A stretch of DNA of 61,283 nucleotides, taken from NCBI RefSeq assembly GCF_050178175.1, contig NZ_JBFXGH010000002.1, positions 1-61,283 on the forward strand, read 5' to 3'. The number at the start of each line of letters is the position of its first letter. Position 1 is the stretch's first letter. Under the pieces are notes generated by a model. It made no database searches. It had not been told where the DNA came from and saw only the letters and a program-made list of their open reading frames with translations. The DNA comes from Sphaerochaeta sp. (GTDB lineage: Bacteria; Spirochaetota; Spirochaetia; Sphaerochaetales; Sphaerochaetaceae). This document shows positions 36,098 through 46,121 of this stretch, one piece after another. The position numbers were made by a program, and so were the translations under genes.

Positions 36098-38067
36098 ACG
36101 GATGCAGAGTAGTCAATGACCTTACTTTTTGCAAGAGCTTCGAACTCTGTTCCGCTGAGAACCTCTTGTTTGAGCAGCTCTTTTGCAATCGCGAGAAGGG
36201 CTTCCTTGTTCTTCTTCAGTTTTGTCTTGACCATCTCATATCGCTCCCCGACAATCCGGGCGGTCTCACTGTCGATATATTCCTGTGCTTTCTCACTGTA
36301 TTCACGTACACCCGATATTCCTGCAATGCCACTGTTGGTGGTAGGCAGGGTGATATTCCGGTACCGCTCGCTCATGCCGAACTCCGTAATCATCCGCCTC
36401 ACCAAGTCACTTGCCCTGCTGATATCATTGCCTGCTCCGGTGGAAATCTCATTGTAGATGACCTCCTCGGCTGCCCGACCACCCAAGAGGGTGTCGATAT
36501 TTCCCAAGAGTTCACTTTGGCTGAGCAGGAAGCGGTCTTCAGTCGGGTACTGCAAGGTGTACCCCAAGGCCCCAAGTCCACGGGGGACGATGGATATCTT
36601 GCTTACCGGTTCAGCTCCCTCGGTCATGAAAGCGGTCAATGCGTGTCCCGTCTCATGGTAGGCCACTCTTTCCCGCTCCTTCTCGTTGAGCAATCTGCTC
36701 TTTCGCTCAAGACCTGCAACCGACTTCTCGATTGCCTCCTCGAAATCCTCTTGCATCACTACTTTACGGTTTTGGCGTACAGCCATCAAGGCAGCCTCAT
36801 TTGCAATGTTTGCAAGATCAGCACCGGAAAGACCTGCCGCACCCTGGGCAATCTTTCTCAGGTCAACATCATCACCCAGTTTTATTTGCTTGGTATGGAT
36901 CTTCAAGATTGCCAGCCTACCTTCCAGGTCGGGCTTGTCGATAAGGACCTGTCGGTCAAAACGGCCTGGACGAAGGAGTGCTGGGTCAAGGATTTCCGGT
37001 CGGTTGGTTGCCGCAATGATGATCACTCCGGTACGTGAATCAAAACCATCCATTTCTACGAGCAACTGGTTGAGCGTCTGTTCCCTCTCATCGTTTCCTC
37101 CCATTCCTGCAGAAACGCGAGAGCGTCCGATGGCATCAATCTCATCAATGAAGATGATACAGGGGCTGTTTTCCCTTGCTTGCCTGAATAGATCCCTTAC
37201 ACGTGCAGCTCCAACACCCACGAACATCTCCACGAAATCCGCTCCACTCATCTTGAAGAAAGGCACCCCGGCCTCTCCTGCGACGGCCTTTGCGAGCAGG
37301 GTCTTACCGGTTCCCGGAGGTCCTACCAGGAGAACTCCCTTGGGTATCTTTCCTCCAATCTCGGTGTATTTCTCAGGTTGCTTCAGGAAGTCCACCACTT
37401 CTTCCAGCTCATATTTGCTCTCATCGGCCCCAGCAACATCGGCAAAACGTACACCGGTGTCTCCCTCTGCTACGATCTTGGCCTTGTTTTGGTTGAAGGA
37501 GAGAACTCCTTGTCCTCCCTGTCCACCCATTTTTGAAAAGAGAAAGCGCCAAAAGAGAATGATGAAGACAAAGGGCAGTATATACGAGAGGACATATGAG
37601 AGTATGCTTGGTTTCTCTGGTGCGTTGGCATAGTACTCTATCCCATTCTCATCCAGGAGAGGAATAAAGGAAGGGTCATCTACCTTATATGTGCTGAAAG
37701 ATTGCAGGTAGGTGCTGGTCTCCAGTCCTATCTGGGGATTTGTTGTATACGTTTGCAAGTCATTCAAAGCCTGGTCCCTGGTGAAGGGGTAGCCGATGTA
37801 TTGTTCCGCATCTATGGCGACACGACGGATGGTCCCATCTTCCACCAAGGATTTGAACTGGCTGTAATCCACTGGGGTGACGTTGCTCTGTCTGCTGACC
37901 ATGTAGGTATTCAGTGCCATGAACATTAAGAGTATGATGAAGAAGTACCAGAAAGAGAAGGTAAACTTCTTTCCTCCTCTTGGTTCTTTCTCTCCCAGAT
38001 GGACACCTGGCTCAATATTCAATTTTTTCTTGAATTTTTCTTTCCAATCCTTATTGTCTTTACTCAT
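36094..38067 (-). CDS. ftsH: ATP-dependent zinc metalloprotease FtsH
   Basis: 2 [28 protein letters not shown]. Confidence 0.98.
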   Translation of the reverse strand: MSKDNKDWKEKFKKKLNIEPGVHLGEKEPRGGKKFTFSFWYFFIILLMFMALNTYMVSRQSNVTPVDYSQFKSLVEDGTIRRVAIDAEQYIGYPFTRDQALNDLQTYTTNPQIGLETSTYLQSFSTYKVDDPSFIPLLDENGIEYYANAPEKPSILSYVLSYILPFVFIILFWRFLFSKMGGQGGQGVLSFNQNKAKIVAEGDTGVRFADVAGADESKYELEEVVDFLKQPEKYTEIGGKIPKGVLLVGPPGTGKTLLAKAVAGEAGVPFFKMSGADFVEMFVGVGAARVRDLFRQARENSPCIIFIDEIDAIGRSRVSAGMGGNDEREQTLNQLLVEMDGFDSRTGVIIIAATNRPEILDPALLRPGRFDRQVLIDKPDLEGRLAILKIHTKQIKLGDDVDLRKIAQGAAGLSGADLANIANEAALMAVRQNRKVVMQEDFEEAIEKSVAGLERKSRLLNEKERERVAYHETGHALTAFMTEGAEPVSKISIVPRGLGALGYTLQYPTEDRFLLSQSELLGNIDTLLGGRAAEEVIYNEISTGAGNDISRASDLVRRMITEFGMSERYRNITLPTTNSGIAGISGVREYSEKAQEYIDSETARIVGERYEMVKTKLKKNKEALLAIAKELLKQEVLSGTEFEALAKSKVIDYSASV

Positions 38068-38169
38068 GTTTCCTATTTCCTTGGTTGATGACGGCTATCT
38101 GGCCATCTGTAGTATAAATATATCCCTAGAATTGTCATTCGGCAACAAGCCCTATATAGTTGAGGGCAT

Positions 38170-38874
38170 ATGGAAACGAAACAGGTTGTATTGATTACCG
38201 GTGGCGCAAAGCGCCTTGGACTTGCTATGGCCCAGCATCTGCTGGGGGAAGGGTATCGTGTGGTTATCCATTGCAACATGAGTTGTAGTGAAGCAAAAGC
38301 GTTGGGTGACGATGGCCGTATCGTTCAGGCAAATCTTACCAATAGGGAAGAACTACAGACGATCTTCTCCAAAGCAGTTGATTGCTTTGGCCGGGTTGAT
38401 CACCTGATCAACAATGCATCAGTCTTTCCCTCCCTTTCCATTGAGGAGACAACCTATGCATTGTGGGATGAGGTGATGGCTCTTCACAACACCGCTCCTT
38501 TTTTCCTTTCCAGGGCACTCTACTTACATCTACGTGAGCGTGGGGCCACAGGGTCGGTCGTTAACATGGTCGATACCAAGATTGAGGCCCCCACTGCAAG
38601 CCGCAGCGCATACTATATCTCCAAGGGGGCCTTGTTGGCCCAGACCAAGACCTTGGCGGTATCCCTTGGACCGACGCTACGGGTGAATGCCATCTCTCCG
38701 GGAGCAGTACTCAATGGTGGTGATGATGCCTACTTTGCAAAGATGGCAGAGCGACTCCCGCTCAAGCACACCGGCTCTGCCCCTGATATTGTACAAGCAG
38801 TAGCCTATTTGCTCCGTGCTACCTTTGTCACGGGCGTGGAACTTGCGGTCGACGGAGGACAGCGACTTTTGTAG
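38170..38874 (+). CDS. SDR oxidoreductase, pteridine reductase/FolM-like
   Basis: TGGAKRLG, NNAS.F, YxxSK, VNAISPG, VDGG. Confidence 0.88.
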   Translation: METKQVVLITGGAKRLGLAMAQHLLGEGYRVVIHCNMSCSEAKALGDDGRIVQANLTNREELQTIFSKAVDCFGRVDHLINNASVFPSLSIEETTYALWDEVMALHNTAPFFLSRALYLHLRERGATGSVVNMVDTKIEAPTASRSAYYISKGALLAQTKTLAVSLGPTLRVNAISPGAVLNGGDDAYFAKMAERLPLKHTGSAPDIVQAVAYLLRATFVTGVELAVDGGQRLL

Positions 38875-38968
38875 TTTAGGTGAAGATGGTCCTATGGTAC
38901 TTGCCCTTGATATGATTCAATACGATAGTTAGGGGTATTACAAATAACTATAGAAGGAGTGCATATTC

Positions 38969-40411
38969 ATGCATAATCGAAAAATACGAGGAATGGTTCT
39001 TTGCTTGGTACTCATTATTGGAACCACCTCCGCATTCTCCCAGTCACTGGAGGATATCGTTTCCAGGGCACTTGGAGAGAGTATCCAGATGCAGGACTTG
39101 GAAATTACCAAGAACAACGCACTATTGACCCAGAGCATTTCACAAGCAGAAGACAATGTAGGTATTACTGTCAGTAGCGGAGAGGTAAGTGCTACCTATG
39201 ACCCCGCCTCCTCTGCATATGAGTTTGAGAATCTGGGAGGGGTGAGTGCTTCCTTCTTGCTTCCAGATGATGGAGAGACCACCATCACCGTTTCCACAGG
39301 GACGATGCGCTATTTGCCCAATGGGAGTGCCTTTGCCATCTCGCCCAAGGTTTCAGCGAGCCACACCCTTACCTACGGCTATACCATCGATAATCGTGAA
39401 AGCCTTGCAAACCGGCAGACAGAGCTATTGGCTACCAGCTCCTATGAGAGCAGTAAACTGAACTATACGAATACCATCTACAAACAGATCAGCAGTTTGT
39501 TGGAGAATGAGAAGTCCATCAAGCAGACAGAAAAACAAATAGCAGACCTCCGTCTAGACCTTGAGCAGAACCTCTCGCTGAAGCTCATCAGGGAGGGAAG
39601 CCTTACCCATGAGACACAGAAGCAGGCAATAGCATCCCAGGAGGCAACGCTCTCGGGTCTACAGGCCTCACGTGAGCTTCTGCTGAGGCAGTATGCCACC
39701 ATAACCGGCTCCTCATGGGAAGGTGTGGACTCAATTCCTGAACCGGTGCTCGATTTCTCCAGCAATGAGGAAGGGAACAGCAATGTGCTTATGCAGTCTC
39801 TTGCCCTATCCCTGGCTAAGGAAGACCTGGCGCTGAAGATGGCTGAGTTTGAGAACAAGAGTCTGAAACTAAGTGGGGGTATCGGTGGGTCATCAATTGA
39901 TTCAGCATTCTTAGTAAGTAGTTCTACGCTACAAACCGTTACACCGGAACTCTCTGCTACCTTGTCCGGCAAGCAGTTCTCCCTGACAGGCAAGGTTGAA
40001 GGGACCTATGATATTTCTAAAAATGACTTTACTCCTACCGTGAGTATCAGTGGTAATTGGAGCAACAATCCTACCTCCACCACCGACTCCCTGACAGTCC
40101 AGAAGTTGCAGAACGAGGTTTTGCTTGCTGAGATAGCGTATGCCAATGCCAAGAATGATTACCAGCAGAGTGTGACTTCGCTCGAGAATAGGATAGCCTC
40201 CTGGAACCTCAGCTATATGTTGCTGGGACAGACGATGGACTATCACCAACAAGTGTTGGGGCAGCAACAGGACCTGGCCCGGCGTGGTCTTGCCACCAAG
40301 AGCGAGGTGGACGATGCAACCTTTACGGTGGAGATGGACGCCTATGACCTGGCTGTCACGCTCCTATCAGGCTTGCAGTTAGAAAACGAAATTCGCATCT
40401 TGCAGATATAA
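38969..40411 (+). CDS. TolC-like outer membrane efflux protein
   Basis: Signal peptide, SLEDIV..AL start, twice-repeated coiled-coil/beta-strand pattern; upstream of MFP and ABC genes. Confidence 0.65.
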   Translation: MHNRKIRGMVLCLVLIIGTTSAFSQSLEDIVSRALGESIQMQDLEITKNNALLTQSISQAEDNVGITVSSGEVSATYDPASSAYEFENLGGVSASFLLPDDGETTITVSTGTMRYLPNGSAFAISPKVSASHTLTYGYTIDNRESLANRQTELLATSSYESSKLNYTNTIYKQISSLLENEKSIKQTEKQIADLRLDLEQNLSLKLIREGSLTHETQKQAIASQEATLSGLQASRELLLRQYATITGSSWEGVDSIPEPVLDFSSNEEGNSNVLMQSLALSLAKEDLALKMAEFENKSLKLSGGIGGSSIDSAFLVSSSTLQTVTPELSATLSGKQFSLTGKVEGTYDISKNDFTPTVSISGNWSNNPTSTTDSLTVQKLQNEVLLAEIAYANAKNDYQQSVTSLENRIASWNLSYMLLGQTMDYHQQVLGQQQDLARRGLATKSEVDDATFTVEMDAYDLAVTLLSGLQLENEIRILQI

Positions 40412-40425
40412 GGGAGAAGCATTCC

Positions 40426-41547
40426 ATGCAAAAGCAGTCCAATGAAATGAATACCGAACACCAAGTGAGGAACCAACTGAGAAAAAAACTCCGTGTAAAA
40501 CGGGTGAAACGATTGATAACCACCTTTGTTGTCTTGGCCCTGATCCTTTTCAGCCTCTTTCTCTACACCTTCTACAATGAAAACGGAAGAATGCCTTGGG
40601 CAGAGGTAAAAGCCCCGGTTAGTGCCGTTAAGGAAGTTGAGGCAAAAGTATATGAGAACACATTCACCTCCACCATAGATCTTTCAGGCTATGTTGAACC
40701 CTATGACATCCAGAAGGTGATCCTCAGAGCAACTGGCACGGTTACCGATGTATTCGTTGAGGAAGGGGATGTGGTCAGGAAAGGCGACGTACTTATCGCC
40801 ATTGATGATACCAGCCAGAAGTACGAAGTTGCAAATCTTGAAGCGGAACTGGAGAGAGCAAAACTGGTCGGAAGCGACCGTGAGGTTGAGCTGACCGAGT
40901 TGAGATTGCAATCGGCGCAGAATCGGCTGGACTACACCAAGGCGTATGCAAATTTTGATGGGGTGGTGGCAGAGGTCAATGTCAGCCAAGGAGATTACTT
41001 TGATGCAGGAGCAAGTGCAATGACCATCATAGACCGTTCTGCGCTCAAGGCAACGGTCGAAATTGATGAGATTGATATGCAGTATGTGCAGCTTGGCCAG
41101 ACTGCTACCCTCTATTTTGATTCCTATCCATCATCGTCGGTGGAGGCAAAGGTGACCTATATCCCAATGCTTGGAAGATATACCAACCAAGGAATCGGGG
41201 TGATGGATGTGGAACTTACCATTGCTGATCCTCCGACTCAGATAGCCCCAGGCTTCACCTTTGAAGGCACGATTGCAAGTGAGGGAGAAACCACACTGGT
41301 GTTGCTTCCCCAGAGTGCTGTGACGAGTACCCGAGGAACCAGCTATGTCACCAAGAAATTGGCTGATGGAAGTACCACAACGGTTCCTGTTACCGTGAAG
41401 TACCTGGGCGAGGGGATCAGCCAGCTTCTCAGTGGCGACCTCAAGGTAGGCGATACCCTGATCATCAAGAAGACCGATACCAGTGCCTCTGCCTTTGTCT
41501 CCATGAGTGGTCCTGGTGGTGGTATGGGTGGAGGGCCAATGCGGTGA
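40426..41547 (+). CDS. Efflux periplasmic adaptor (MFP, MacA-like)
   Basis: N-terminal TM, G.V..V.VEEGD.V.KGD.L lipoyl half motifs, IDEID, LPQSAV. Confidence 0.9.
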   Translation: MQKQSNEMNTEHQVRNQLRKKLRVKRVKRLITTFVVLALILFSLFLYTFYNENGRMPWAEVKAPVSAVKEVEAKVYENTFTSTIDLSGYVEPYDIQKVILRATGTVTDVFVEEGDVVRKGDVLIAIDDTSQKYEVANLEAELERAKLVGSDREVELTELRLQSAQNRLDYTKAYANFDGVVAEVNVSQGDYFDAGASAMTIIDRSALKATVEIDEIDMQYVQLGQTATLYFDSYPSSSVEAKVTYIPMLGRYTNQGIGVMDVELTIADPPTQIAPGFTFEGTIASEGETTLVLLPQSAVTSTRGTSYVTKKLADGSTTTVPVTVKYLGEGISQLLSGDLKVGDTLIIKKTDTSASAFVSMSGPGGGMGGGPMR

Positions 41548-42239
41548 TAGAGATGGAACAGAATGTAATACATCTTGAGGACGTAAGGCGCTACTATGTC
41601 ATGGGAGATTTCATTGTGAAAGCCCTGGACGGGGTGTCCCTGTCCATCAAGAAGGGAGAGTTTACCTCGATCATGGGACCCTCGGGAAGCGGGAAGTCAA
41701 CCATGATGAATCTTGTCGGCTGCCTCGATACTCCAACCAGTGGCCTGATCGATATTGATGGAGAGAATACCGCCGGCTTGGATGAAACTGAGTTGGCATA
41801 TATCAGAAACCGGAAAGTGGGTTTTGTTTTCCAGCAGTTCAACCTGCTGGGAAAGCTAACAGCCCTGGAGAATGTGGTAACCCCGCTTCTCTATGCCGGC
41901 ATGGGGGTTCGTGAACGTAAGCAGAAGGCAGCTGATGCGCTACAGCGGGTTGGCCTTGCTGACCGCATGTACCACCGTCCCAATGAACTCTCTGGTGGGC
42001 AGAAACAACGGGTTGCCATAGCACGTGCATTGGTGAACAACCCCACAATCTTGCTTGCTGATGAACCCACCGGTGCACTGGACAGCAAGACCGGGAGCCA
42101 GATCATGGAACTCTTTGAGGAGTTGAATGCTGAAGGCAGGACGGTAATCCTGGTTACCCACGACCGGGAACTGGGAATGCGATGCCATCGGCAGATACAC
42201 CTGCGCGATGGGAAACTGGAGGAAGGCTATGCTGTTTGA
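41544..42239 (+). CDS. MacB/LolD-type ABC ATPase
   Basis: GPSGSGKST, FQQFNL, LSGGQKQRVAIARAL, ADEPTGALD. Start may be ATG 41553. Confidence 0.95.
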   Translation: MIEMEQNVIHLEDVRRYYVMGDFIVKALDGVSLSIKKGEFTSIMGPSGSGKSTMMNLVGCLDTPTSGLIDIDGENTAGLDETELAYIRNRKVGFVFQQFNLLGKLTALENVVTPLLYAGMGVRERKQKAADALQRVGLADRMYHRPNELSGGQKQRVAIARALVNNPTILLADEPTGALDSKTGSQIMELFEELNAEGRTVILVTHDRELGMRCHRQIHLRDGKLEEGYAV

Positions 42240-43410
42240 GAACATAAAACTTGCACTCTCGGCAATGCGTGGCAGCAAGATGAGGACAGCCCTCTCCCTG
42301 TTGGGTATTGTTATCGGGGTAGCTTCGGTTGTAGCCATCCTGACCATTGGACAGAGCGCCTCAACGAGTATTACCGACAGCATCGCCGTAGGTGGCTTGG
42401 ATATGATTACCGTGTATCCCTCCTATGCACAGCGCTCGAGTGGTACCTTTGATGAGGAGTTCAGTGATACCCTGCTTAGGGATATTAGAGGATTGGCTAC
42501 TGTACTTCCCCAGAACAACAGCAGTGCCCAGATCCGAAGTGGACAGGAGACCACCAGTGCATCGGTTTCCGGGGTACTCTCCAGCTATGGTGAAGTGCTG
42601 AATCTGGAATATGCCGAGGGAAGTTTCTTTGAGTCCATGGACAATATCAACTATCGCCAGGTTATTGTGCTCGGCTCAGATGTTGCTGAGGAATTGTTTC
42701 CAGACCAGAGTGCCGTCGGCCAGTATGTAAGTGTGTTCCGAAACCAGGCGAAGAGCTATCTGGTGGTTGGAGTCCTCGAGAGCAAGGATGCCACATTCAA
42801 CCTCTCCTATGACAATACTGTGTTCATTCCTTACAACACCTATGGACAGCGTTTCACCAACACCTCTGGTGTGGGTGCGTATGTCCTGAAAGTCCAGGAT
42901 GGGTATGATACCATTGAGGTCTCTGACAGGGTGACCGAATACCTTGATGGTATTGTGGGAAGTGACGGATACAATATCTTCAGCCCAGCAAGTCTGGCAG
43001 ATATGGCAAACGAGATTACTGGAACCTTCAGTGCTTTCCTGGCAGCTATTGCCGCCATCAGTCTCCTGGTTGGAGGGATTGGGATCATGAATATCATGCT
43101 GGTATCGGTTGCAGAACGTACCAAGGAGATTGGCATTCGCAAGGCTCTGGGAGCGAGCCCAAACGTCATTCGTGGGCAGTTTATCTGTGAAGCACTCACG
43201 CTGACCATCATTGGGGGCTTGCTGGGTATTGCCCTGGGTGCCCTGATCAGCTACGCTGTGACCAATGTAATGAATTGGTCGTTGCATTTATCGTATACCT
43301 CGGTCATACTGGCGTTGGGTTTTTCCATGTTTGTCGGTGTCTTCTTTGGGTGGTATCCAGCAATGAAAGCCTCCCGTCTTGACCCGATTGATGCCCTTAA
43401 TTACGAATAG
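42229..43410 (+). CDS. MacB-type ABC permease
   Basis: RTALSLLGIVIGV, GGIGIMNIMLVSV.ERTKEIGIRKALGA, PIDAL.YE. Confidence 0.95.
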   Translation: MLFENIKLALSAMRGSKMRTALSLLGIVIGVASVVAILTIGQSASTSITDSIAVGGLDMITVYPSYAQRSSGTFDEEFSDTLLRDIRGLATVLPQNNSSAQIRSGQETTSASVSGVLSSYGEVLNLEYAEGSFFESMDNINYRQVIVLGSDVAEELFPDQSAVGQYVSVFRNQAKSYLVVGVLESKDATFNLSYDNTVFIPYNTYGQRFTNTSGVGAYVLKVQDGYDTIEVSDRVTEYLDGIVGSDGYNIFSPASLADMANEITGTFSAFLAAIAAISLLVGGIGIMNIMLVSVAERTKEIGIRKALGASPNVIRGQFICEALTLTIIGGLLGIALGALISYAVTNVMNWSLHLSYTSVILALGFSMFVGVFFGWYPAMKASRLDPIDALNYE

Positions 43411-43431
43411 GATTCTCGGGGGAGTATACGC

Positions 43432-44757
43432 TTGACTGTAAAGAAAACCAGGTGGATGATTGTTGACGGAAAGGAACCTTTCATCGTCATCACCTCACTC
43501 GCTTTTGCCTTCATTGTCTTGATCGCCCTGGTGATATTTCTCACCTCAGCTCTCCTTGACCGTGAAGAGTTGAGGATGCAGAGTGAGGCTGAGCGGGCAT
43601 TCAACTCGGTTTTCCTTGCCTTGCAGGATAGCACCAACAAGGCTTTGCAGGCCATGCAGGAGGAGAATGTCTCTGGCATTGGTGTGTACAACTCCTTGGG
43701 AAGAAAGGTGCTGAGCCTGGGCAACGTTCCGATGACCATACCCTTGGATCGCTTCGATTCTCGCGGTTCTCTGCCCAAGGATGGTTCGAATACGGGGACC
43801 GCGACATTCAATAAAGAGACGGGGATGATAGAATATATCCGATTCAGCCGTCTTACCATCCTCCTGGACACTGGCGAGCTTACCCTTACCGAGAACGGGT
43901 TGCTTCCCACTCCCCTTGACTTCCCTGATGTCCTGTATCTCCACTTTGACGGGCAGAACTATAACCACCGGGTGATGGTCATCATGGTTATCGGTATAAT
44001 CTCCAGCTTGACCTTGGTGGGCCTTTTCTTGTTGGTACTTTCCATCTATCGAAACAATCGCCGGTATCGGGAGACCATTGCAAAGCAAGAGAGCCTGGTG
44101 AATCTTGGCCAAGCGGCACGGACCCTTACCCATGAGATCAAGAACCCGCTCAGTGCCATCACCATACAACTTGCCCTGCTCAAGAAGACACTTCCTGCAA
44201 AACATGCCGGGGAACTGAAGCTCATTGAACAGGAGATCAGAAGGCTCACCCAGCTTACGAACAAAGTCAGTGACTTTCTTCGCAACCCATTGGGCAAGCC
44301 AGTTGTTGTTGATCTGAATGAGCTGTTCAACTCTTTGGTGATGCGGTTTGAAAAACCCATTCGGTTCTCGAGTGGCTCTCCGCAACAGATTGTCATCGAT
44401 GTTGACAGGGCACGTTCAGTATTTGAGAATCTCCTGAAGAATGCCGTTGAGAGCAGCAGTACCCGTGATCCACAAGTAGAGGTACGCATAACCACCGATA
44501 AGCGGAATTTTGTCCATATCTATGTCATGGACCGTGGGGATGGTATCAGGATAGAGGACTCCAAGAAGATTTTTGACCCCTTCTTCACCACTAAGATCCA
44601 TGGCTCGGGGATTGGACTATCCATCAGCCAACAGTTTGTGAAGGCAAGGGGAGGAAATATACGGCTCTATCCACGTGATGGGGGTGGTACGGTTGCAGAA
44701 GTGGTGCTGCCTAAGTCCATCCATACGGCCAAATTGATGGGAGTAACGAGAAAATGA
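43432..44757 (+). CDS. Membrane sensor histidine kinase
   Basis: 2 TM, HEIKNPL H-box, NLLKNA, DRGDGI, FFTTK..GSGIGL. Start uncertain. Confidence 0.93.
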   Translation: MTVKKTRWMIVDGKEPFIVITSLAFAFIVLIALVIFLTSALLDREELRMQSEAERAFNSVFLALQDSTNKALQAMQEENVSGIGVYNSLGRKVLSLGNVPMTIPLDRFDSRGSLPKDGSNTGTATFNKETGMIEYIRFSRLTILLDTGELTLTENGLLPTPLDFPDVLYLHFDGQNYNHRVMVIMVIGIISSLTLVGLFLLVLSIYRNNRRYRETIAKQESLVNLGQAARTLTHEIKNPLSAITIQLALLKKTLPAKHAGELKLIEQEIRRLTQLTNKVSDFLRNPLGKPVVVDLNELFNSLVMRFEKPIRFSSGSPQQIVIDVDRARSVFENLLKNAVESSSTRDPQVEVRITTDKRNFVHIYVMDRGDGIRIEDSKKIFDPFFTTKIHGSGIGLSISQQFVKARGGNIRLYPRDGGGTVAEVVLPKSIHTAKLMGVTRK

Positions 44758-46109
44758 AGATCCTCATTGTTGACGATGAACCAAATATCCGGGATTTGAT
44801 GCAGCAATACCTCAAACTCGACGGTATAGAAAGTGATTGTGCAGAGAATGGTCTCTCGGCACAACGCATGCTTCGAGAAGAGGCATATGATGCTGCACTC
44901 ATCGATCTGAAGATGCCCGGAATGGATGGGCTTTCCCTGATCAGCTGGATCAGGGGAGAAGGGTTTCGCATGCCGATCATCATGGTCAGTGCCCATGGTG
45001 AGATTACCGATGCAGTCTCTGCCCTGAAAAACGGGGCCCAAGACTACATTGTAAAACCTTTCGACCCCGAGGAGTTGACCATCCGCTTGAAGAAACTTGT
45101 GGATGCACAACACCTGAGGAACTTGGTTGAGAGTGAGACACGGAACAATCGTGAGGATGATAAGCAGATTTTTGTTGGAGAGAGTTCCTCGATCAAGAAA
45201 ATCAAGGAAGTTATCACCAAGATAGGTGATACTACCTCAACAGTTCTCATAACCGGAGAGAGTGGAACGGGAAAGGAAGTGGTGGCTCGCGAGATTCATG
45301 CTTCCAGCCCGGTCAAAGATGGCCCCTTTGTAGCCATCAATATCGGGGGAGTCCCTGAGAACTTGCTTGAAAGCGAACTCTTTGGTTACGAGAAGGGTGC
45401 CTTCACCGGTGCTGCAACACGCAAGACAGGAATGTTTGAACTGGCAAGTGGGGGGACCCTTTTCCTGGACGAGATCGGTGATATGCCGCTTGCCCTGCAG
45501 GTGAAGATTCTCAGGGTCTTGCAGGACCGCAGGATCAACCGACTCGGTGGTACAGAGGCAATACCCATCAATGCAAGAATTATTGCGGCTACCAACAAGG
45601 ATCTGGAACAACAGGTCAGGGAAGGGGTATTCCGTGAGGACCTGTTCTATCGGCTTAATGTGGTTCGCATTGTCATACCGCCACTGAGGGACCGAAGGGA
45701 AGATATTCCCTTGCTTGCCGCAGGAATCCTCAGGCGGTTCAACCGCCAGATGGGCCATAAGGTAACCGGGTTCTCCGCAGATGCACTGCAGCTGCTTTGC
45801 GAGCATGACTTCTTCGGGAACGTCAGGGAGCTGGAGAATATTCTCGAGCGAGCAGTGATTTTCACCAGTGGAGAGGAGATCCAGTGTGATGACCTTGATC
45901 TGAGGGGATCGGTCTCCCTCCATACCCAGACCAAGGATGAGCCCCAAACAACACCAGCAGAGGCAAAGAGTCTCAAGGATGTAGAAGTCGACGCAATCAT
46001 CAGGGCTCTCCACCGCTGGGAGGGAAACCGCACACGGGCAGCCCAAGAGCTTGGCATCAGCCGCAGGACCCTGATCAACAAGATTGCTGAATATGATTTG
46101 AATTTATAA
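44754..46109 (+). CDS. sigma54-dependent response regulator (NtrC family)
   Basis: Receiver domain, GESGTGKE, ESELFG..KGAFTGA, LFLDEIG, Fis HTH. Confidence 0.96.
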   Translation: MKILIVDDEPNIRDLMQQYLKLDGIESDCAENGLSAQRMLREEAYDAALIDLKMPGMDGLSLISWIRGEGFRMPIIMVSAHGEITDAVSALKNGAQDYIVKPFDPEELTIRLKKLVDAQHLRNLVESETRNNREDDKQIFVGESSSIKKIKEVITKIGDTTSTVLITGESGTGKEVVAREIHASSPVKDGPFVAINIGGVPENLLESELFGYEKGAFTGAATRKTGMFELASGGTLFLDEIGDMPLALQVKILRVLQDRRINRLGGTEAIPINARIIAATNKDLEQQVREGVFREDLFYRLNVVRIVIPPLRDRREDIPLLAAGILRRFNRQMGHKVTGFSADALQLLCEHDFFGNVRELENILERAVIFTSGEEIQCDDLDLRGSVSLHTQTKDEPQTTPAEAKSLKDVEVDAIIRALHRWEGNRTRAAQELGISRRTLINKIAEYDLNL

Positions 46110-46121
46110 GGAGCGAAAGAG

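Noticed and set aside
38875-38968. sigma54 promoter upstream of the efflux operon (TGGTACTTGC)
   Set aside because: The GG-to-GC spacing is not 10 nt.
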